64,000 nt of DNA from Candidatus Krumholzibacteriia bacterium (GTDB taxonomy: Bacteria; Krumholzibacteriota; Krumholzibacteriia; Krumholzibacteriales; Krumholzibacteriaceae): assembly GCA_963836185.1 (NCBI GenBank), contig CAWIIQ010000001.1, positions 1,440,001-1,504,000 of the forward strand. The letters run 5' to 3'. Below are positions 20,678 to 32,116 of this stretch, piece by piece; position 1 is the first letter of the stretch; each line of letters starts with the position of its first letter. The notes below the pieces were generated by a model. It was not told the DNA's origin and did not search any database. It worked only from the letters and a program-made list of their open reading frames with translations. The translations under genes and the position numbers were made by a program.

Positions 20678-21340
20678 GTGGATGATGAAGGGAGGAAGAT
20701 GATGAGGAGGATGTTCCGTTTCTTTTATTGCCTCTGCGTGATCCTCGCCGCTACAGCGGCACTTACGGGGATTTCCGATGGACAGGTCCTTATCAACGAG
20801 TACATGCCTGACCCGGCCAGGGACTGGGACGGTGATGGCGAGTACGACTATCGCAGTGACGAATGGGTAGAGATCGTGAACACAGGCGACTCGGCAGTCG
20901 ATCTGAGCGCTTTTCTGCTCAGGGACGGTGGAGACCAGGTCCTCTGGAGGTACGGATTTTCCGGTGAGCTTGCTCCCGGGGAGACCAGGATTGTCTACGG
21001 GAGCGACGCTCTCGCATGGGAGGAAGCCAACGAGTTCCCCTCATACGGGCTCAGTCTCAATAATGCCGGCGACGAGATATTTCTCTGCCATATCGTCGAG
21101 GCCGAGACGCTCGTGGTGGACAGTTCCGCTTATGGAAGGAGCGCCGTCGATGACAGGTCGATCGGCAGAACAGTCGCCGACAGCAGTGTCTGGGCGATAT
21201 ACGATGCATGGAATCCCTGCTCGGACAGCTGCTCTCCGGATGGGAACGGCTGCATACCCACGCCTGGCGGGGTGAACGACTGTACGACCGCGGGCGCTCA
21301 GCAGAGCTGGGGTTCGATCAAGATGATCAAGAGGAGGTAG
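20678..21340 (+). CDS. Secreted lamin-tail-domain protein with SWGxIK tail
   Basis: 'VLINEYMPDP..DWDGDG..DEWVEIVN', 'LSLNNAGDEI', 'PTPGGVN'; tail 'QQSWGSIKMIKRR'. Confidence 0.8.
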   Translation: MDDEGRKMMRRMFRFFYCLCVILAATAALTGISDGQVLINEYMPDPARDWDGDGEYDYRSDEWVEIVNTGDSAVDLSAFLLRDGGDQVLWRYGFSGELAPGETRIVYGSDALAWEEANEFPSYGLSLNNAGDEIFLCHIVEAETLVVDSSAYGRSAVDDRSIGRTVADSSVWAIYDAWNPCSDSCSPDGNGCIPTPGGVNDCTTAGAQQSWGSIKMIKRR

Positions 21341-21451
21341 GCCCGCGGGCCGGCCCCGCCGAATAAATATGAAGATGTTCCATCCCCCCGGCGGCCGGCC
21401 CTGCTTCCTTTTCCGTTTACCCTCGCTCCTCCGTGTGCTAGCGTTTGAGAT

Positions 21452-23185
21452 ATGAAGGATTCAGATAAACAGGAAACAGGTACCGTGCTTCCAGGCAGGT
21501 ACGATGACGAGGTCATCAACCGCTGCTGGGAATATCTCGAGTGCAAGAACTCGGACTGTCCCGCGTACGGCCAGGATGAATCTCCCTGCTGGGAGGTCAC
21601 CGGCCACCGGTGCGGGGACAGGGTATTCGCGCGTCTCGAGGAGAAGCTGATCCAGTGCTGTTTCAAGTGCCCGTTCTTCAAGCAGCTCAAGGAAAGGGTC
21701 AAGGGGCGCAGGTGGGCTGATATTACACTGCTCGAGACGCTCGAGGATGCCCTCATCAGATCTTCGAAGTATTCCACCAAGGTCGAGGACCTCTACATGG
21801 AGGTCATCAGGCGCAGCAAGCTGATGAACCTTCTCGGCGAGGTAAGCAAGATAATCGCGAGGCTCGACAAGGAGGAGGATATCATCCTCGCCATCCTGAC
21901 CGTCACAACGGCACGGGAGGGACTGGGATTCAACAGGGCTTTCGCATTCCTTCGGGGCCAGGAATACAATCTCCTGCGCGGCAAGTACGCCCTGGGGCCT
22001 TCATCGCCCGAGGAGGCCGAGTCGATCTGGAAGATCCTCGACAAGGACAGCGACGCCTCTCTCGAGAAGCTGGTCAGCAAGGGCCAGAAGCTGCATTACC
22101 TGAGAAACAGTCCCCTCACGAAGATAACGCGGCGATATGCCATTTCACTCGATGACGAGGAAGGGATGATAGCTACCGGGATGAGCGAGGTCCGGTTCAT
22201 CTCGGGCAGGGATCTCAAGTCGGCAGGAGACCGGGAGATCGCCAGCGCCCTGGGCCTCGAGGACTTCTGCATAATCCCGATAGCCACGGTCGAGGACAGG
22301 CTGGGCCTGCTTATCGTCGATAATATCTTCACTGGCAAGGAAGTGACGGCCGAGGATGCGCATCTTTTAGAGATGGTTGTAAGTCACGCTACAACATCAC
22401 TTCGCGCGGCGCAGTTAAAGGAATCTCTAGGCAAGAATGTGGAGAGCCTCAAGGCCACTCACAGGAAACTCAAGGCGAACGAGGAGAGGATGCTCAGGGC
22501 CGAAAGGCTCGCTATCTCCGGAGAACTGACTTCCTCCGTCCTCCACGAGATCAAGAATCCGCTCGTCGCTATAGGCGGATTCGCCAGGAGTCTGTGGGAG
22601 AACGGGAAATTCGCCGAAAAGGACCGTGAAAAGGTCGAAATAATCATGAACGAGGCGCAGAGACTCGAGACTTATCTCGGCAGCCTGCAGTCGAACGTGA
22701 GCAGGCTGAAGATCGAGGACAGCGATATAAACCAGATAGTCGACGATGTCTGTCAGCTGATGCAGAATGAATTCTCGGAGCGCAACATCGAGCTTCGAAA
22801 GAGTTTGGCGCCCGGACTGCCCGGCTGCAGGATCGACCAGGTGAAGCTCCACGAGGCATTTCTGAACATCCTGACGAACGCCTCCGAGGCGATCGGAAAG
22901 GACGGCCGTGTCGTGGTAAGGACCTGGACTGACACCGCCGAGGGGCTCCTGCACATAGAGTTGACCGACAACGGAGGGGGGATCCCGAAGGAGAGGATCT
23001 CCAGGATCTTCATTCCGTTCTTTACTACGAAGGAATCCGGCTCCGGGCTGGGGCTCGCCTTCGTCCACAGGATCGTCCGTGATCACGGGGGGAATATCTC
23101 GGTCACGAGCAAGATGGGCAAGGGAACGACATTTATCATAACGCTTCCCGCCTATCCCCGCGAAGAGGCCGCTGCGCCCTCCTGA
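21452..23185 (+). CDS. Cytoplasmic sensor histidine kinase (Cys-rich two-CW-like domain, GAF, HisKA, HATPase)
   Basis: 'CWEYLEC...CPAY...CWEVTG..C...CCFKCPFF'; LHEIKNPL; DNGGGI, FFTTK, GSGLGL. Confidence 0.85.
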   Translation: MKDSDKQETGTVLPGRYDDEVINRCWEYLECKNSDCPAYGQDESPCWEVTGHRCGDRVFARLEEKLIQCCFKCPFFKQLKERVKGRRWADITLLETLEDALIRSSKYSTKVEDLYMEVIRRSKLMNLLGEVSKIIARLDKEEDIILAILTVTTAREGLGFNRAFAFLRGQEYNLLRGKYALGPSSPEEAESIWKILDKDSDASLEKLVSKGQKLHYLRNSPLTKITRRYAISLDDEEGMIATGMSEVRFISGRDLKSAGDREIASALGLEDFCIIPIATVEDRLGLLIVDNIFTGKEVTAEDAHLLEMVVSHATTSLRAAQLKESLGKNVESLKATHRKLKANEERMLRAERLAISGELTSSVLHEIKNPLVAIGGFARSLWENGKFAEKDREKVEIIMNEAQRLETYLGSLQSNVSRLKIEDSDINQIVDDVCQLMQNEFSERNIELRKSLAPGLPGCRIDQVKLHEAFLNILTNASEAIGKDGRVVVRTWTDTAEGLLHIELTDNGGGIPKERISRIFIPFFTTKESGSGLGLAFVHRIVRDHGGNISVTSKMGKGTTFIITLPAYPREEAAAPS

Positions 23186-23192
23186 ACCCGTA

Positions 23193-23221
23193 TTGACAAA
23201 TCATCCGTCATCGGATAATCT
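23193..23221 (+). promoter_or_regulatory. Sigma70-type promoter of the cobO-meaB-icm operon
   Basis: TTGACA-N17-TAATCT. Confidence 0.55.
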
Positions 23222-23278
23222 TCCCTTTCTACCGGCGAACTGCCGGAGGTCCGCCGGGCATTCAGATGAAAGGTCCTG

Positions 23279-23803
23279 ATGAGCGAGGGAAAGGGAATCG
23301 TCATGCTCTTCACCGGGGACGGCAAGGGCAAGACTACGGCCGCCGTCGGAGCCGCGGTCAGGGCCGCCGGGCACGGGGCTGATGTTCTGATCATCCAGTT
23401 CATGAAGGGAAGGCTCTACGGGGAGCTTGCCGCCGTCGATAAGATCGACAACCTCAGGATAGAGCAGCACGGGAGGGACGAGTTCGTCGACCCGAAGGAT
23501 CCCGAGAAGATAGATATCGAGCTGGCGGAGAAAGGCTGGGCGAGGGCGCTGGAGGCGGTCTCCTCAGGTCCGCCGTCGCTGCTCGTACTCGACGAGATAA
23601 ATGTAGCGGTATCGTTCGGGCTCATTCCGCTCGAGGAAGTCGTACGATTCGTTCGGGAACGGCCCGATGGGATGGACATGATACTCACGGGAAGGTATGC
23701 GGCTCCCGAACTGATCGATATCGCCGATACGGTCACGGAGATGAAAGAGATCAAACATCACTACAACGCAGGCGTTCAGATGAGGAAGGGCATAGAGTAC
23801 TGA
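23279..23803 (+). CDS. cobO: Cob(I)alamin adenosyltransferase (CobA/CobO/BtuR)
   Basis: FTGDGKGKTTAA, IQFMKG, LVLDEI, ILTGR, KHHY...RKGIEY. Confidence 0.92.
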   Translation: MSEGKGIVMLFTGDGKGKTTAAVGAAVRAAGHGADVLIIQFMKGRLYGELAAVDKIDNLRIEQHGRDEFVDPKDPEKIDIELAEKGWARALEAVSSGPPSLLVLDEINVAVSFGLIPLEEVVRFVRERPDGMDMILTGRYAAPELIDIADTVTEMKEIKHHYNAGVQMRKGIEY

Positions 23804-23805
23804 CG

Positions 23806-24771
23806 ATGCGCGGACGTCCCGATATCGAGAGGCTGCTCGAACTCTTTGCCGAGGGAAAGGTAGCCGCTGCTGCGCGCCTGATCACTATCCTTGAGGATGG
23901 CGGGGAGGATGCCGAGCGCGTTCTCGACAGCGTCTTCCATAAGACGGGCAGCGCGTACAGGATAGGTTTTACCGGCCCTCCGGGAGCAGGCAAGAGTTCA
24001 CTGCTCAACAGGATCACCGCAAAGTTCCGCGAGAAGGATCACAGGATAGGTATCATAGCTATCGACCCAACGAGCCCATTTACCGGCGGGGCCCTTCTCG
24101 GAGACAGGATAAGGATGCAGGCTCATTCGGAGGATCCCGAAGTCTTTGTCCGAAGCCTCGCGAGCAGGGGAGCCCTCGGAGGGATATCGAACTGTACCGA
24201 TGAAGTCGTCGACCTGATGGACGCTTTCGGCAAGGACCTCGTAATGATAGAGACTGTGGGCGTCGGCCAGTCTGAACTCGAGATCTCGGAGAAGGCGCAC
24301 ACCGTGGTGGTAGTGCTCGTCCCCGAGTCGGGCGACGGGATCCAGGCGATGAAAGCCGGGCTGATGGAGATCGGCGACATCTTCGTGATGAACAAGGCCG
24401 ATCACGATGACGCAGAAAGCGCAGCGAGAGAGATACAGGATACTCTTAGATTGAAGGATATCCCCGAAGGTGACTGGGAGCCGAGGGTCGTTCTTACTTC
24501 GGCCCGGGAGGAGACGGGGATAGGCGAACTTATAGATGTCATAGAGGAGCACCGCCGCCATCTGGAGGAGGGCGGACATTTTGCCAGCATGAGAAAGAAG
24601 ATACTGCGCTCGAGGGTCCGCAATGCCCTGATGGACAGGATGGAAAGGCGGCTTCGCGCAAGCGTCAAGGTAAGAGCGCTGGTAGAGCAGCGGATGGAAT
24701 CTGTGTACAAGGGTGAAATATCCCCTTACAAGGTCGTCAGGGAACTCGAGGAACTCGTCAACATACAGTGA
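23806..24771 (+). CDS. meaB: Acyl-CoA mutase-associated GTPase MeaB
   Basis: GFTGPPGAGKS, DPTSPFTGGALLGDRIRM, IETVGVGQSE, GDGIQAMKAGLMEI. Confidence 0.95.
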   Translation: MRGRPDIERLLELFAEGKVAAAARLITILEDGGEDAERVLDSVFHKTGSAYRIGFTGPPGAGKSSLLNRITAKFREKDHRIGIIAIDPTSPFTGGALLGDRIRMQAHSEDPEVFVRSLASRGALGGISNCTDEVVDLMDAFGKDLVMIETVGVGQSELEISEKAHTVVVVLVPESGDGIQAMKAGLMEIGDIFVMNKADHDDAESAAREIQDTLRLKDIPEGDWEPRVVLTSAREETGIGELIDVIEEHRRHLEEGGHFASMRKKILRSRVRNALMDRMERRLRASVKVRALVEQRMESVYKGEISPYKVVRELEELVNIQ

Positions 24772-24792
24772 CCGGCGGGAGAAGAAGAGAAG

Positions 24793-26448
24793 ATGGACAG
24801 GAAAAAATACGACGATGAAAAGAAGAAGTTCGAGGAGACACTTTCCGGGTGCGGGTGCCAGGATATCGAGTTCACTACGGTATCGGGTGAACCGGTAGGA
24901 GAGATCTATACACCCGATGAGATCGAGGGATTCGACTACAACGAAAAACTCGGATTTCCCGGCCAGTATCCCTACACGAGGGGCGTCTACCCGAACATGT
25001 ACCGGGGACGCATGTGGACGCAGCGGCAGTTCGCCGGGTTCGGAACGGCGAAGGACACAAACGGCAGGTACCACTATCTGCTCGACCATGGCCAGACCGG
25101 GCTCTCGGTCGCCTTCGACATGCCGACGATCATGGGCTACGACTCGGATCACAAACGCTCGGAGGGAGAGGTCGGCAGGTGCGGCGTGGCGATAGATTCG
25201 CTCAGGGATATGGAGATCCTCTTCGACGGGATCGACCTCGGGGTGATCACGACATCTATGACGATAAACGCTCCCGCCTCGATACTGCTCGCCTTCTATC
25301 TATGCGCCGGCGAGAAGAAGGGGACATCGCTGGACAGGATGGGCGGCACTATCCAGAACGACATACTCAAGGAGTACATCGCACAGAAGTCGTGGATATT
25401 TCCTCCCGAGGAGTCGATGAGGATAATCACGAATATCCTCGCTTTCTGTTCCGACCATGTTCCGAGGTGGAACACGATATCGATCAGCGGTTACCACATC
25501 CGCGAAGCGGGCTCGACGGCGATACAGGAACTGGCATTCACGCTGGCCGACGGATTCGCTTACGTCGAGGCCGGGATAGCGACGGGGCTGGATGTCGACA
25601 AGTTCGCGCCGAGGCTCTCGTTCTTCTTCAACTCGCATCTCGATTTCTTCGAGGAGATCGTAAAATACCGGGCCGCCCGAAGGATCTGGGCGAAGAGGAT
25701 GAAGGAGAAGTACGGAGCGAAGGATCCGAAATCGATGCTGCTGAGGTTCCATACGCAGACTGCCGGGTGCACGCTGACCGCGCAGCAGCCCGAGAACAAT
25801 ATAGTAAGGACAGCCTTCCAGGGCATGTCGGCCGTGCTGGGAGGGACGCAGTCTCTGCACACGAACTCGATGGATGAGACACTGGCTCTGCCGTCTGAGA
25901 AGGCTGTGATGATAGCGCTGCGCACGCAGCAGATCATCGCTCACGAGACCGGAGTTATCAATACGATCGATCCACTCGCCGGGAGTTATTTCATCGAGGC
26001 GCGCACCGACGAGATGGAGGAGGCGGCGGAGGCCTACTTCAGCAAGATCGACGAGCTCGGCGGTGTCGTCAAGGCTATCGACAAGGGATTCTTCCAGAGG
26101 GAGATCCAGAAATCGGCATACGAGTATCAGAAAGCAGTCGAGGCGGGCCGCAAGATCATCGTGGGGCTCAACCGCTTCGGTCTTGAGAACGAAGAGATAG
26201 ATATCCCGCTCCTGAGGATAGACGAAGAGGTCGAGAGGCAGCAGAAGAAGGCGGTCCACGATACGCGCTCCAGCCGTGACAACGACAAGGTGGCCAGGGA
26301 GCTCGAGCGCCTCAAGGCCGCTGCCGAGGGTACGGATAACCTCATGCCGGTCATAATCGACTGCGCGCGCTGCTACGCGACAGAGGGAGAGATAATAGAG
26401 ACGCTAAAGGGAGTATTCGGCGAATACAAGGAGCCGCTTTTCATATAA
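24793..26448 (+). CDS. icmA: B12-dependent acyl-CoA mutase large subunit, isobutyryl-CoA mutase type
   Basis: MCM-family fold with RQFAGF (Phe) and KEYIAQK (Gln) specificity residues. Confidence 0.8.
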   Translation: MDRKKYDDEKKKFEETLSGCGCQDIEFTTVSGEPVGEIYTPDEIEGFDYNEKLGFPGQYPYTRGVYPNMYRGRMWTQRQFAGFGTAKDTNGRYHYLLDHGQTGLSVAFDMPTIMGYDSDHKRSEGEVGRCGVAIDSLRDMEILFDGIDLGVITTSMTINAPASILLAFYLCAGEKKGTSLDRMGGTIQNDILKEYIAQKSWIFPPEESMRIITNILAFCSDHVPRWNTISISGYHIREAGSTAIQELAFTLADGFAYVEAGIATGLDVDKFAPRLSFFFNSHLDFFEEIVKYRAARRIWAKRMKEKYGAKDPKSMLLRFHTQTAGCTLTAQQPENNIVRTAFQGMSAVLGGTQSLHTNSMDETLALPSEKAVMIALRTQQIIAHETGVINTIDPLAGSYFIEARTDEMEEAAEAYFSKIDELGGVVKAIDKGFFQREIQKSAYEYQKAVEAGRKIIVGLNRFGLENEEIDIPLLRIDEEVERQQKKAVHDTRSSRDNDKVARELERLKAAAEGTDNLMPVIIDCARCYATEGEIIETLKGVFGEYKEPLFI

Positions 26449-26478
26449 CGGGCAGCGTGCCCGGAGGAGGATTCCGAG

Positions 26479-26877
26479 ATGGCGAGAAAAGTCAGGGTGC
26501 TCGTGGCGAAACCCGGACTGGACGGACACGACAGGGGCGCGAAGGTCGTCGCCAACGCACTCAAGGATGCCGGTATGGAGATCATCTACACGGGGCTGCA
26601 CCAGACGCCAGAGATGATAGCCGAATCGGCCGTCCAGGAGGATGTCGACGTAGTAGGCCTGAGCATACTGTCGGGAGCACACATGACGATGTTTCCGAGG
26701 GTGATGGAACTGATCAGGGAAAAGGGAGCGGAAGACATCGTCGTCTTCGGCGGCGGGATCATCCCGGCCGAGGATGTGGAGAAGCTCGAGGAGATCGGAG
26801 TCGCCCGGATATTCGGTCCGGGAACAGACACCGGTGATATCGTCAAGTTTATAAGAGAGAGATTTCCGGAAGAATAA
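26479..26877 (+). CDS. icmB: Cobalamin-binding small subunit of acyl-CoA mutase
   Basis: [14 protein letters not shown] (DxHxxG), [15 protein letters not shown]. Confidence 0.85.
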   Translation: MARKVRVLVAKPGLDGHDRGAKVVANALKDAGMEIIYTGLHQTPEMIAESAVQEDVDVVGLSILSGAHMTMFPRVMELIREKGAEDIVVFGGGIIPAEDVEKLEEIGVARIFGPGTDTGDIVKFIRERFPEE

Positions 26878-26909
26878 ACGCGACTGACATCGCAAGGAAG
26901 GAGCATTCG

Positions 26910-28091
26910 ATGAGCGAAGTCGTAATCGCCGGGGCGGTACGTACAGCACTGGGAAGATTTCAGGGAGGACTGTCCGGTTTCAAGGCGACAGATCTCGGAG
27001 CAATGGTAGTTGCCGAGGCTGTAAAGAGAGCGGGGATCGAGCCATCGGCCGTGACCGAAGTCATCATGGGCAACGTTATAGGTGCGGGGCTCGGCCAGAA
27101 TCCCGCCAGGCAGGCGGCGCTCGGCGCCAAGCTCGATTTTGCAGTTTCGGCCATGACTGTGAACAAGGTCTGCGGCTCGGGGCTCAAGGCCGTGGTGCTC
27201 GGCACCCAGGCTCTCAAGCTCGGTGACGAGGAGGTCGTGGTTGCGGGCGGCATGGAGAGCATGAGCAACGCTCCCTACATCCTCAGGAAGGCAAGGACCG
27301 GCTACAGGCTCGGAGACGGCAAGATCGTCGATACGATGATATACGACGGACTCTGGGATGCTTATAACGATATTCATATGGGGAACACGGGAGAGATCAC
27401 TTCTGAGCGGTATAACGTTCCCCGCGAGGAGATGGACGAGTACGCCTACAACAGCCACCGCAAGGCTGCCGAAGCGGCGGCCAACGGGCTCTTCAAGGAA
27501 GAGATGATGACAGTGGAGATCCCGCAGCGCAAGGGTGACCCTGTAGTCATCGACACCGACGAGGGTGTCAGGGCCGATGCGAGCCCCGAGTCGATGGGTA
27601 AGCTCAAACCCGTTTTCAAGAAGGATGGCGTGATCACCGCCGGTAACGCTTCGCAGCTCAGCGATGGCGCCGCGGCGATGGTCCTGATGACAGATACGAA
27701 GGCCGCCGAGCTCGGCGTCAAGCCGATGGCGAAGGTCACCGGTTACGCGACAGGCGGTCTGGAGCCCGAGCTCGTCATGATGGCTCCCACGATCGCTGTT
27801 CCCAAGCTTCTCGCGAAGACGGGATTGAAGCTCGAGGATTTCGATCTTATCGAGCTCAACGAGGCGTTCGCCGTCCAGCCCTGCGCCGTGATGGCGAACC
27901 TCGGCATGGATCCGGCGAAGGTCAACATACACGGCGGCGCCGTGGCGCTGGGACATCCGATCGGATGCTCGGGTACGCGTATACTTGTGACCCTGCTCTA
28001 CGCTCTCAAGCAGACGGGCGGGAAGAAGGGTCTGGCGACGCTGTGTCTCGGCGGAGGAAACGCCGTGGCGCTGAGCGTGGAGATGCTTTAA
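26910..28091 (+). CDS. atoB: Acetyl-CoA C-acetyltransferase (thiolase)
   Basis: [25 protein letters not shown]. Confidence 0.9.
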   Translation: MSEVVIAGAVRTALGRFQGGLSGFKATDLGAMVVAEAVKRAGIEPSAVTEVIMGNVIGAGLGQNPARQAALGAKLDFAVSAMTVNKVCGSGLKAVVLGTQALKLGDEEVVVAGGMESMSNAPYILRKARTGYRLGDGKIVDTMIYDGLWDAYNDIHMGNTGEITSERYNVPREEMDEYAYNSHRKAAEAAANGLFKEEMMTVEIPQRKGDPVVIDTDEGVRADASPESMGKLKPVFKKDGVITAGNASQLSDGAAAMVLMTDTKAAELGVKPMAKVTGYATGGLEPELVMMAPTIAVPKLLAKTGLKLEDFDLIELNEAFAVQPCAVMANLGMDPAKVNIHGGAVALGHPIGCSGTRILVTLLYALKQTGGKKGLATLCLGGGNAVALSVEML

Positions 28092-28122
28092 ATATTTAAC
28101 TCCAGGGAAGGGAGACAGGCTG

Positions 28123-28974
28123 ATGGCAATCGAGAAGGTCGCCGTAATAGGCGCCGGAACGATGGGGAACGGGATCGCGCAGGTATTCGCGGCCAAAGGA
28201 TTCTCCGTCATGATGATCGACATAAAGGACGAGTTCGTGCAGAAGGGCGTCGCGGCGATCGACAAGAGCCTTTCGCGCCTTGTTAAAAAGGAGAAGATCT
28301 CCGAGGACGCGAAGAACGAGATCCTCGGCCGAGTATCGACTTCCACAGAGCTGTCGGCAGCAAAGGATGCCGGCCTTGTCATCGAGGCGGTCTTCGAGGA
28401 CTTCGACGTCAAGACGAAGATATTCGGTGAGCTCGATGGAGTATGCGGGCCCGATGTAATCTTCGCGAGCAATACCTCGTCGATCTCGATAACTGCGATA
28501 GGCGCGACGACGTCGCGGCCGGAGAAGTTCATCGGGATGCATTTCATGAATCCCGTTCCGATGATGAAGCTCGTCGAGATCATCCGCGGCCTGGCCACCG
28601 ATGATGCCACGGCCAGGACGATCAACGAGTTGAGTGAGAAGCTCGGGAAGACCCCGATCGAGGTCAACGACTACCCCGGGTTCATCGCAAACAGGATACT
28701 GATGCCGATGATCAACGAGGCCTGTTTCTGCCTGATGGAAGGGGTCGCGACCGCCGAGGCTATCGACGGCGTGATGAAGCTCGGTATGGCGCATCCGATG
28801 GGCCCGCTGCAGCTCGCCGATCTTATCGGTCTCGACATCTGCCTCAATATCCTCAGGGTCCTTCACGACGGGCTCGGGGATCCGAAGTACAGGCCTTGCC
28901 CTCTGCTCGTTAAGAAGGTTGAGGCGGGATACCTCGGACGTAAGACAAAGAAGGGTTTCTACGACTACGAGTAG
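28123..28974 (+). CDS. hbd: 3-hydroxybutyryl-CoA dehydrogenase
   Basis: [35 protein letters not shown]. Confidence 0.92.
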   Translation: MAIEKVAVIGAGTMGNGIAQVFAAKGFSVMMIDIKDEFVQKGVAAIDKSLSRLVKKEKISEDAKNEILGRVSTSTELSAAKDAGLVIEAVFEDFDVKTKIFGELDGVCGPDVIFASNTSSISITAIGATTSRPEKFIGMHFMNPVPMMKLVEIIRGLATDDATARTINELSEKLGKTPIEVNDYPGFIANRILMPMINEACFCLMEGVATAEAIDGVMKLGMAHPMGPLQLADLIGLDICLNILRVLHDGLGDPKYRPCPLLVKKVEAGYLGRKTKKGFYDYE

Positions 28975-28999
28975 GTCCGTGCGGAGATCAGTGTGAATG

Positions 29000-29040
29000 A
29001 TGAGGCGCGCTCCAAAAGGGCGCGCCTCATATTTATTGTT
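29000..29040. terminator. Hairpin terminator between convergent genes
   Basis: ATGAGGCGCGC-N-GCGCGCCTCAT inverted repeat followed by a T-rich tract. Confidence 0.75.
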
Positions 29041-29075
29041 CCTGGAATAATGTCACTCTGTTATGCAGGTATCTT

Positions 29076-29831
29076 CTATTCGAATATCCCCGCCTCCACA
29101 TAGAACCACTGACCATCGCGCTGTCCATAGAACCAGGCCATTCGATCGCTGCTGCCTGGATTCAGGGGCGTAAACCCACAGCATTTATATCTGACGATAT
29201 CGTCATATGTGTTCGAGACAGTATTTCCATTGTATGAGAGTCCATATTGGTCATTTTCATCTCTGAAGAGGAACAGGACATGGCCATTCAGGATTCTGTA
29301 ATGGAACACGGCGGGATAGCCTGATGCTTCGTTTTGATTGATGCAGTTCACATAGACCACATCGATGAACTCTATGACGTAACTGTCCTTCCAGGCGTAA
29401 GCAATCTGAAATGCTCCTGCGACTGGCGATCCTCTGGCAATGATATCACACCTTGTCTGATCATCCTCTGAGACCAGCACATGGATCTCCTCCTCCATCC
29501 CGACTGTTTCTCGCTCCAGGATCTCAAGAGTTACAATCTTCGATGGAAGTTCAAGAACACAAACCTCAGAATATAGCTGATGCTGATAGATCAGATTTGC
29601 CATTGCTTTCGTAGAGCGCCATTCAGCACGTCTGGATATGATTGACGAATCGCTCCAAACTTGCAGACGCTCTAAATCTTCCAGGGCTAACTCTTTCGTC
29701 GAGCCAAGCTCATATTCTTCTACGATCAATGTTTTTGATTCAGTGGTATTCGCGGATGTCAGGCAGACTGATAGCGCCAGACATCCCATAATTAGAATAA
29801 GGCTGATACGCTTCAAAGCCACTCCGCTCAA
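29076..29831 (-). CDS. Hypothetical exported protein (lower GC)
   Basis: 251-aa ORF with hydrophobic N-terminus; C-terminal 'YDDIVRYKCC...NP...WFY' motif. Confidence 0.6.
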   Translation of the reverse strand: MSGVALKRISLILIMGCLALSVCLTSANTTESKTLIVEEYELGSTKELALEDLERLQVWSDSSIISRRAEWRSTKAMANLIYQHQLYSEVCVLELPSKIVTLEILERETVGMEEEIHVLVSEDDQTRCDIIARGSPVAGAFQIAYAWKDSYVIEFIDVVYVNCINQNEASGYPAVFHYRILNGHVLFLFRDENDQYGLSYNGNTVSNTYDDIVRYKCCGFTPLNPGSSDRMAWFYGQRDGQWFYVEAGIFE

Positions 29832-29985
29832 ATAATTACGCGTTACATTACTGATTCCCGAATTCAGCTATTATCTCGAGATATGGCGGTAGTCCTTCGG
29901 GTATTACATTATTTCCGAAAGTTGATTGCGCAAAAACAGGGTGGTAATAAATTTACCGTCACCGGTGACGGTAAATAATCTTGCA

Positions 29986-30393
29986 CTACTCTTCCTCGAT
30001 CTCCAGCAGCACGCCGAGTGTCGACTTCGGATGCATGAAAGCGGTGAGGTGTCCCTCGGCGCCGGTCCGCGGTTCCTGGTCGATGAGCCGGACGCCGTCA
30101 TCGGCGAGCTCCTTCATCACTTTCCTGATATCATCGACCTCGAAGCTGAGGTGGTGGATGCCGGTGCCGCGCTTTTCGATGAATTTCGTGATGTTGCTCT
30201 CCGGAGTGGTGCCTTCGAGGAGCTCTATCTTGGTGTTGCCCGTCTCGAAGAATGCGACCTTGAGGCCTCGCTCGGGCATCTCCATCTCTTTTGTGAGGGT
30301 GAAGCCGAGGACTTCGCCGTAGAGCTTCTTCGCTTCTTCGAGATCGGTCACTGCGATGCCTATGTGTCCGAGTTTTCCGAGCCTGTCAGGCAT
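29986..30393 (-). CDS. mce: Methylmalonyl-CoA epimerase
   Basis: HIGIAV, KIELLE, GIHHLSFEVDDI, HPKSTLGVLLE. Confidence 0.93.
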   Translation of the reverse strand: MPDRLGKLGHIGIAVTDLEEAKKLYGEVLGFTLTKEMEMPERGLKVAFFETGNTKIELLEGTTPESNITKFIEKRGTGIHHLSFEVDDIRKVMKELADDGVRLIDQEPRTGAEGHLTAFMHPKSTLGVLLEIEEE

Positions 30394-30432
30394 GTTGTTC
30401 TCCGTATTCTATGATCAGGTTTACTTATATTA

Positions 30433-32101
30433 TCAGGAAGCTCCGGGCGAGTAGCGCCCGAATACCTTTTCCATCGATGCCGATATCTCGCCGAGTGTGC
30501 AGCCGCCCTTGACCGCCGCGATTATCGGCGGCATGAGATTGCCTGTGCCATGCGCAGTCTCTACGACATCGTTAAGCAGGCGGGCCGCTTCCGACGCGTC
30601 GCGCTGCTTTCTCATCCGGGCAAGGTTGTCGACATAGCTCTTCTCTATCTCGGGGTCGACCCTGAACTCGTTCTTTACCGTATAGTCACCGCCGGTGTAC
30701 TTGTTCACTCCGACTACGGTGATGTCCTCATGCTCGACGCCTCTCTGGTACTCCCACGAGGATCTCTCGATCTCTCTCTGGGGGAACTGAGCCTCGATAG
30801 CGTTCGCCATCCCGCCCATACCCTCGATCCTGTCCATCAGTTCGAGGATCTTCTCCTCGAGTTCATCTGTCATCTTCTCGACGAAATAGCTTCCGCCGAG
30901 GGGATCGATAGTCTCACAGACGCCTGATTCCTCAGCGATTATCTGCTGAGTGCGAAGAGCGGTAAGAGCCGATTCCTGGGAGGGGAGGCTGAGGGCCTCG
31001 TCTTTCGAGTTGGTGTGCAGCGACTGTGTTCCGCCGAGGACCGCGGCGAGGGCCTGCAGGGTGACGCGCACGACATTGTTCTCGATCTGCTGCGCGGTAA
31101 GGGAGCATCCGGCGGTCTGCGTGTGGAAGCGAAGGAGGCATGAATTCTTCTTCTTCGCCCCGAAACGTTCCTTCATTATCCTGGCGTAGATCCTTCTGGC
31201 GGCCCTGAACTTCGCGACCTCTTCGAGGACATTGTTGTGGACGCAGAAGAAGAAGGACAGCCTCGGCGCGAACTCGTCGACGTCGAGCCCTGCCTTTACA
31301 GCGGCGCCTACATACTCGACCGCGTCGGAAAGGGTGAACGCTACTTCCTGGACGGCGGACGAGCCTGCTTCGCGGATGTGGTACCCGCTTATCGATATCG
31401 TGTTCCACTTAGGGGCGTTTTCCTTGCACCAGGCGAATATATCGGTGATGATCCGCATCGAAGGGCCGGGAGGGTAGATGTAGGTGCCCCTCGCGTAATA
31501 TTCCTTCAGTATGTCGTTCTGAATCGTCCCCTTGATCGATTCGACAGGTACGCCTGTCTCTTCGGCGAGCGCTACGTACATAGCCAGCAGTATCGCGGCC
31601 GTCGCGTTGATCGTCATCGAAGTGCTGACCTTGTCGAGAGGGATGCCGCTGAGCAGGGTCCTGAAATCGTCGAGGGTAGTCTATCGCCACTCCGACCCTG
31701 CCTACTTCGCCGAAGGCCATGGGGGAGTCGGAATCGTATCCCATCTGTGTCGGCAGGTCGAAGGCGACAGAGAGCCCTGTCTGGCCCTTGTCGAGAAGGT
31801 ACCTGAATCGCTTGTTCGTCTCTTTGGCGCTGCCGAACCCGGCGTACTGGCGCATCGTCCAGAGGCGGCCCCTGTACATCGTCGGGTAGACGCCCCTGGT
31901 GAAGGGGTAGGAGCCGGGCATCCCGAGCCTGTCGTCGTATGAATCCTCCCGAGCATCGAGAGGAGTAGCGATCGGGCCGATCTCGATATCCGAGGTCGTG
32001 ACGAACTTCTCGCGGCGCTCGCCGCCCTTCTCTTTGAACGGGCCGTAGACGTTATTTTCCCAGTCCTTCAGCCGGTCGGCATCGCTTTTCTTGCCGGCCA
32101 T
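30433..32101 (-). CDS. mcmA: Methylmalonyl-CoA mutase large subunit (frameshift near 31678)
   Basis: RQYAGF (Tyr) and KEYYARG (Arg); ORFs 31409..32101 and 30433..31617 join on removing one base. Confidence 0.88.
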
Positions 32102-32116
32102 AGGTCTACCTCCATC

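Noticed and set aside
23186-23278. Cobalamin riboswitch upstream of cobO
   Set aside because: The leader is too short and lacks B12-box consensus elements
26586-28667. Long antisense ORFs (693 aa here; also 23998..25152 and 48421..49806)
   Set aside because: Shadow frames opposite well-supported genes in GC-rich DNA
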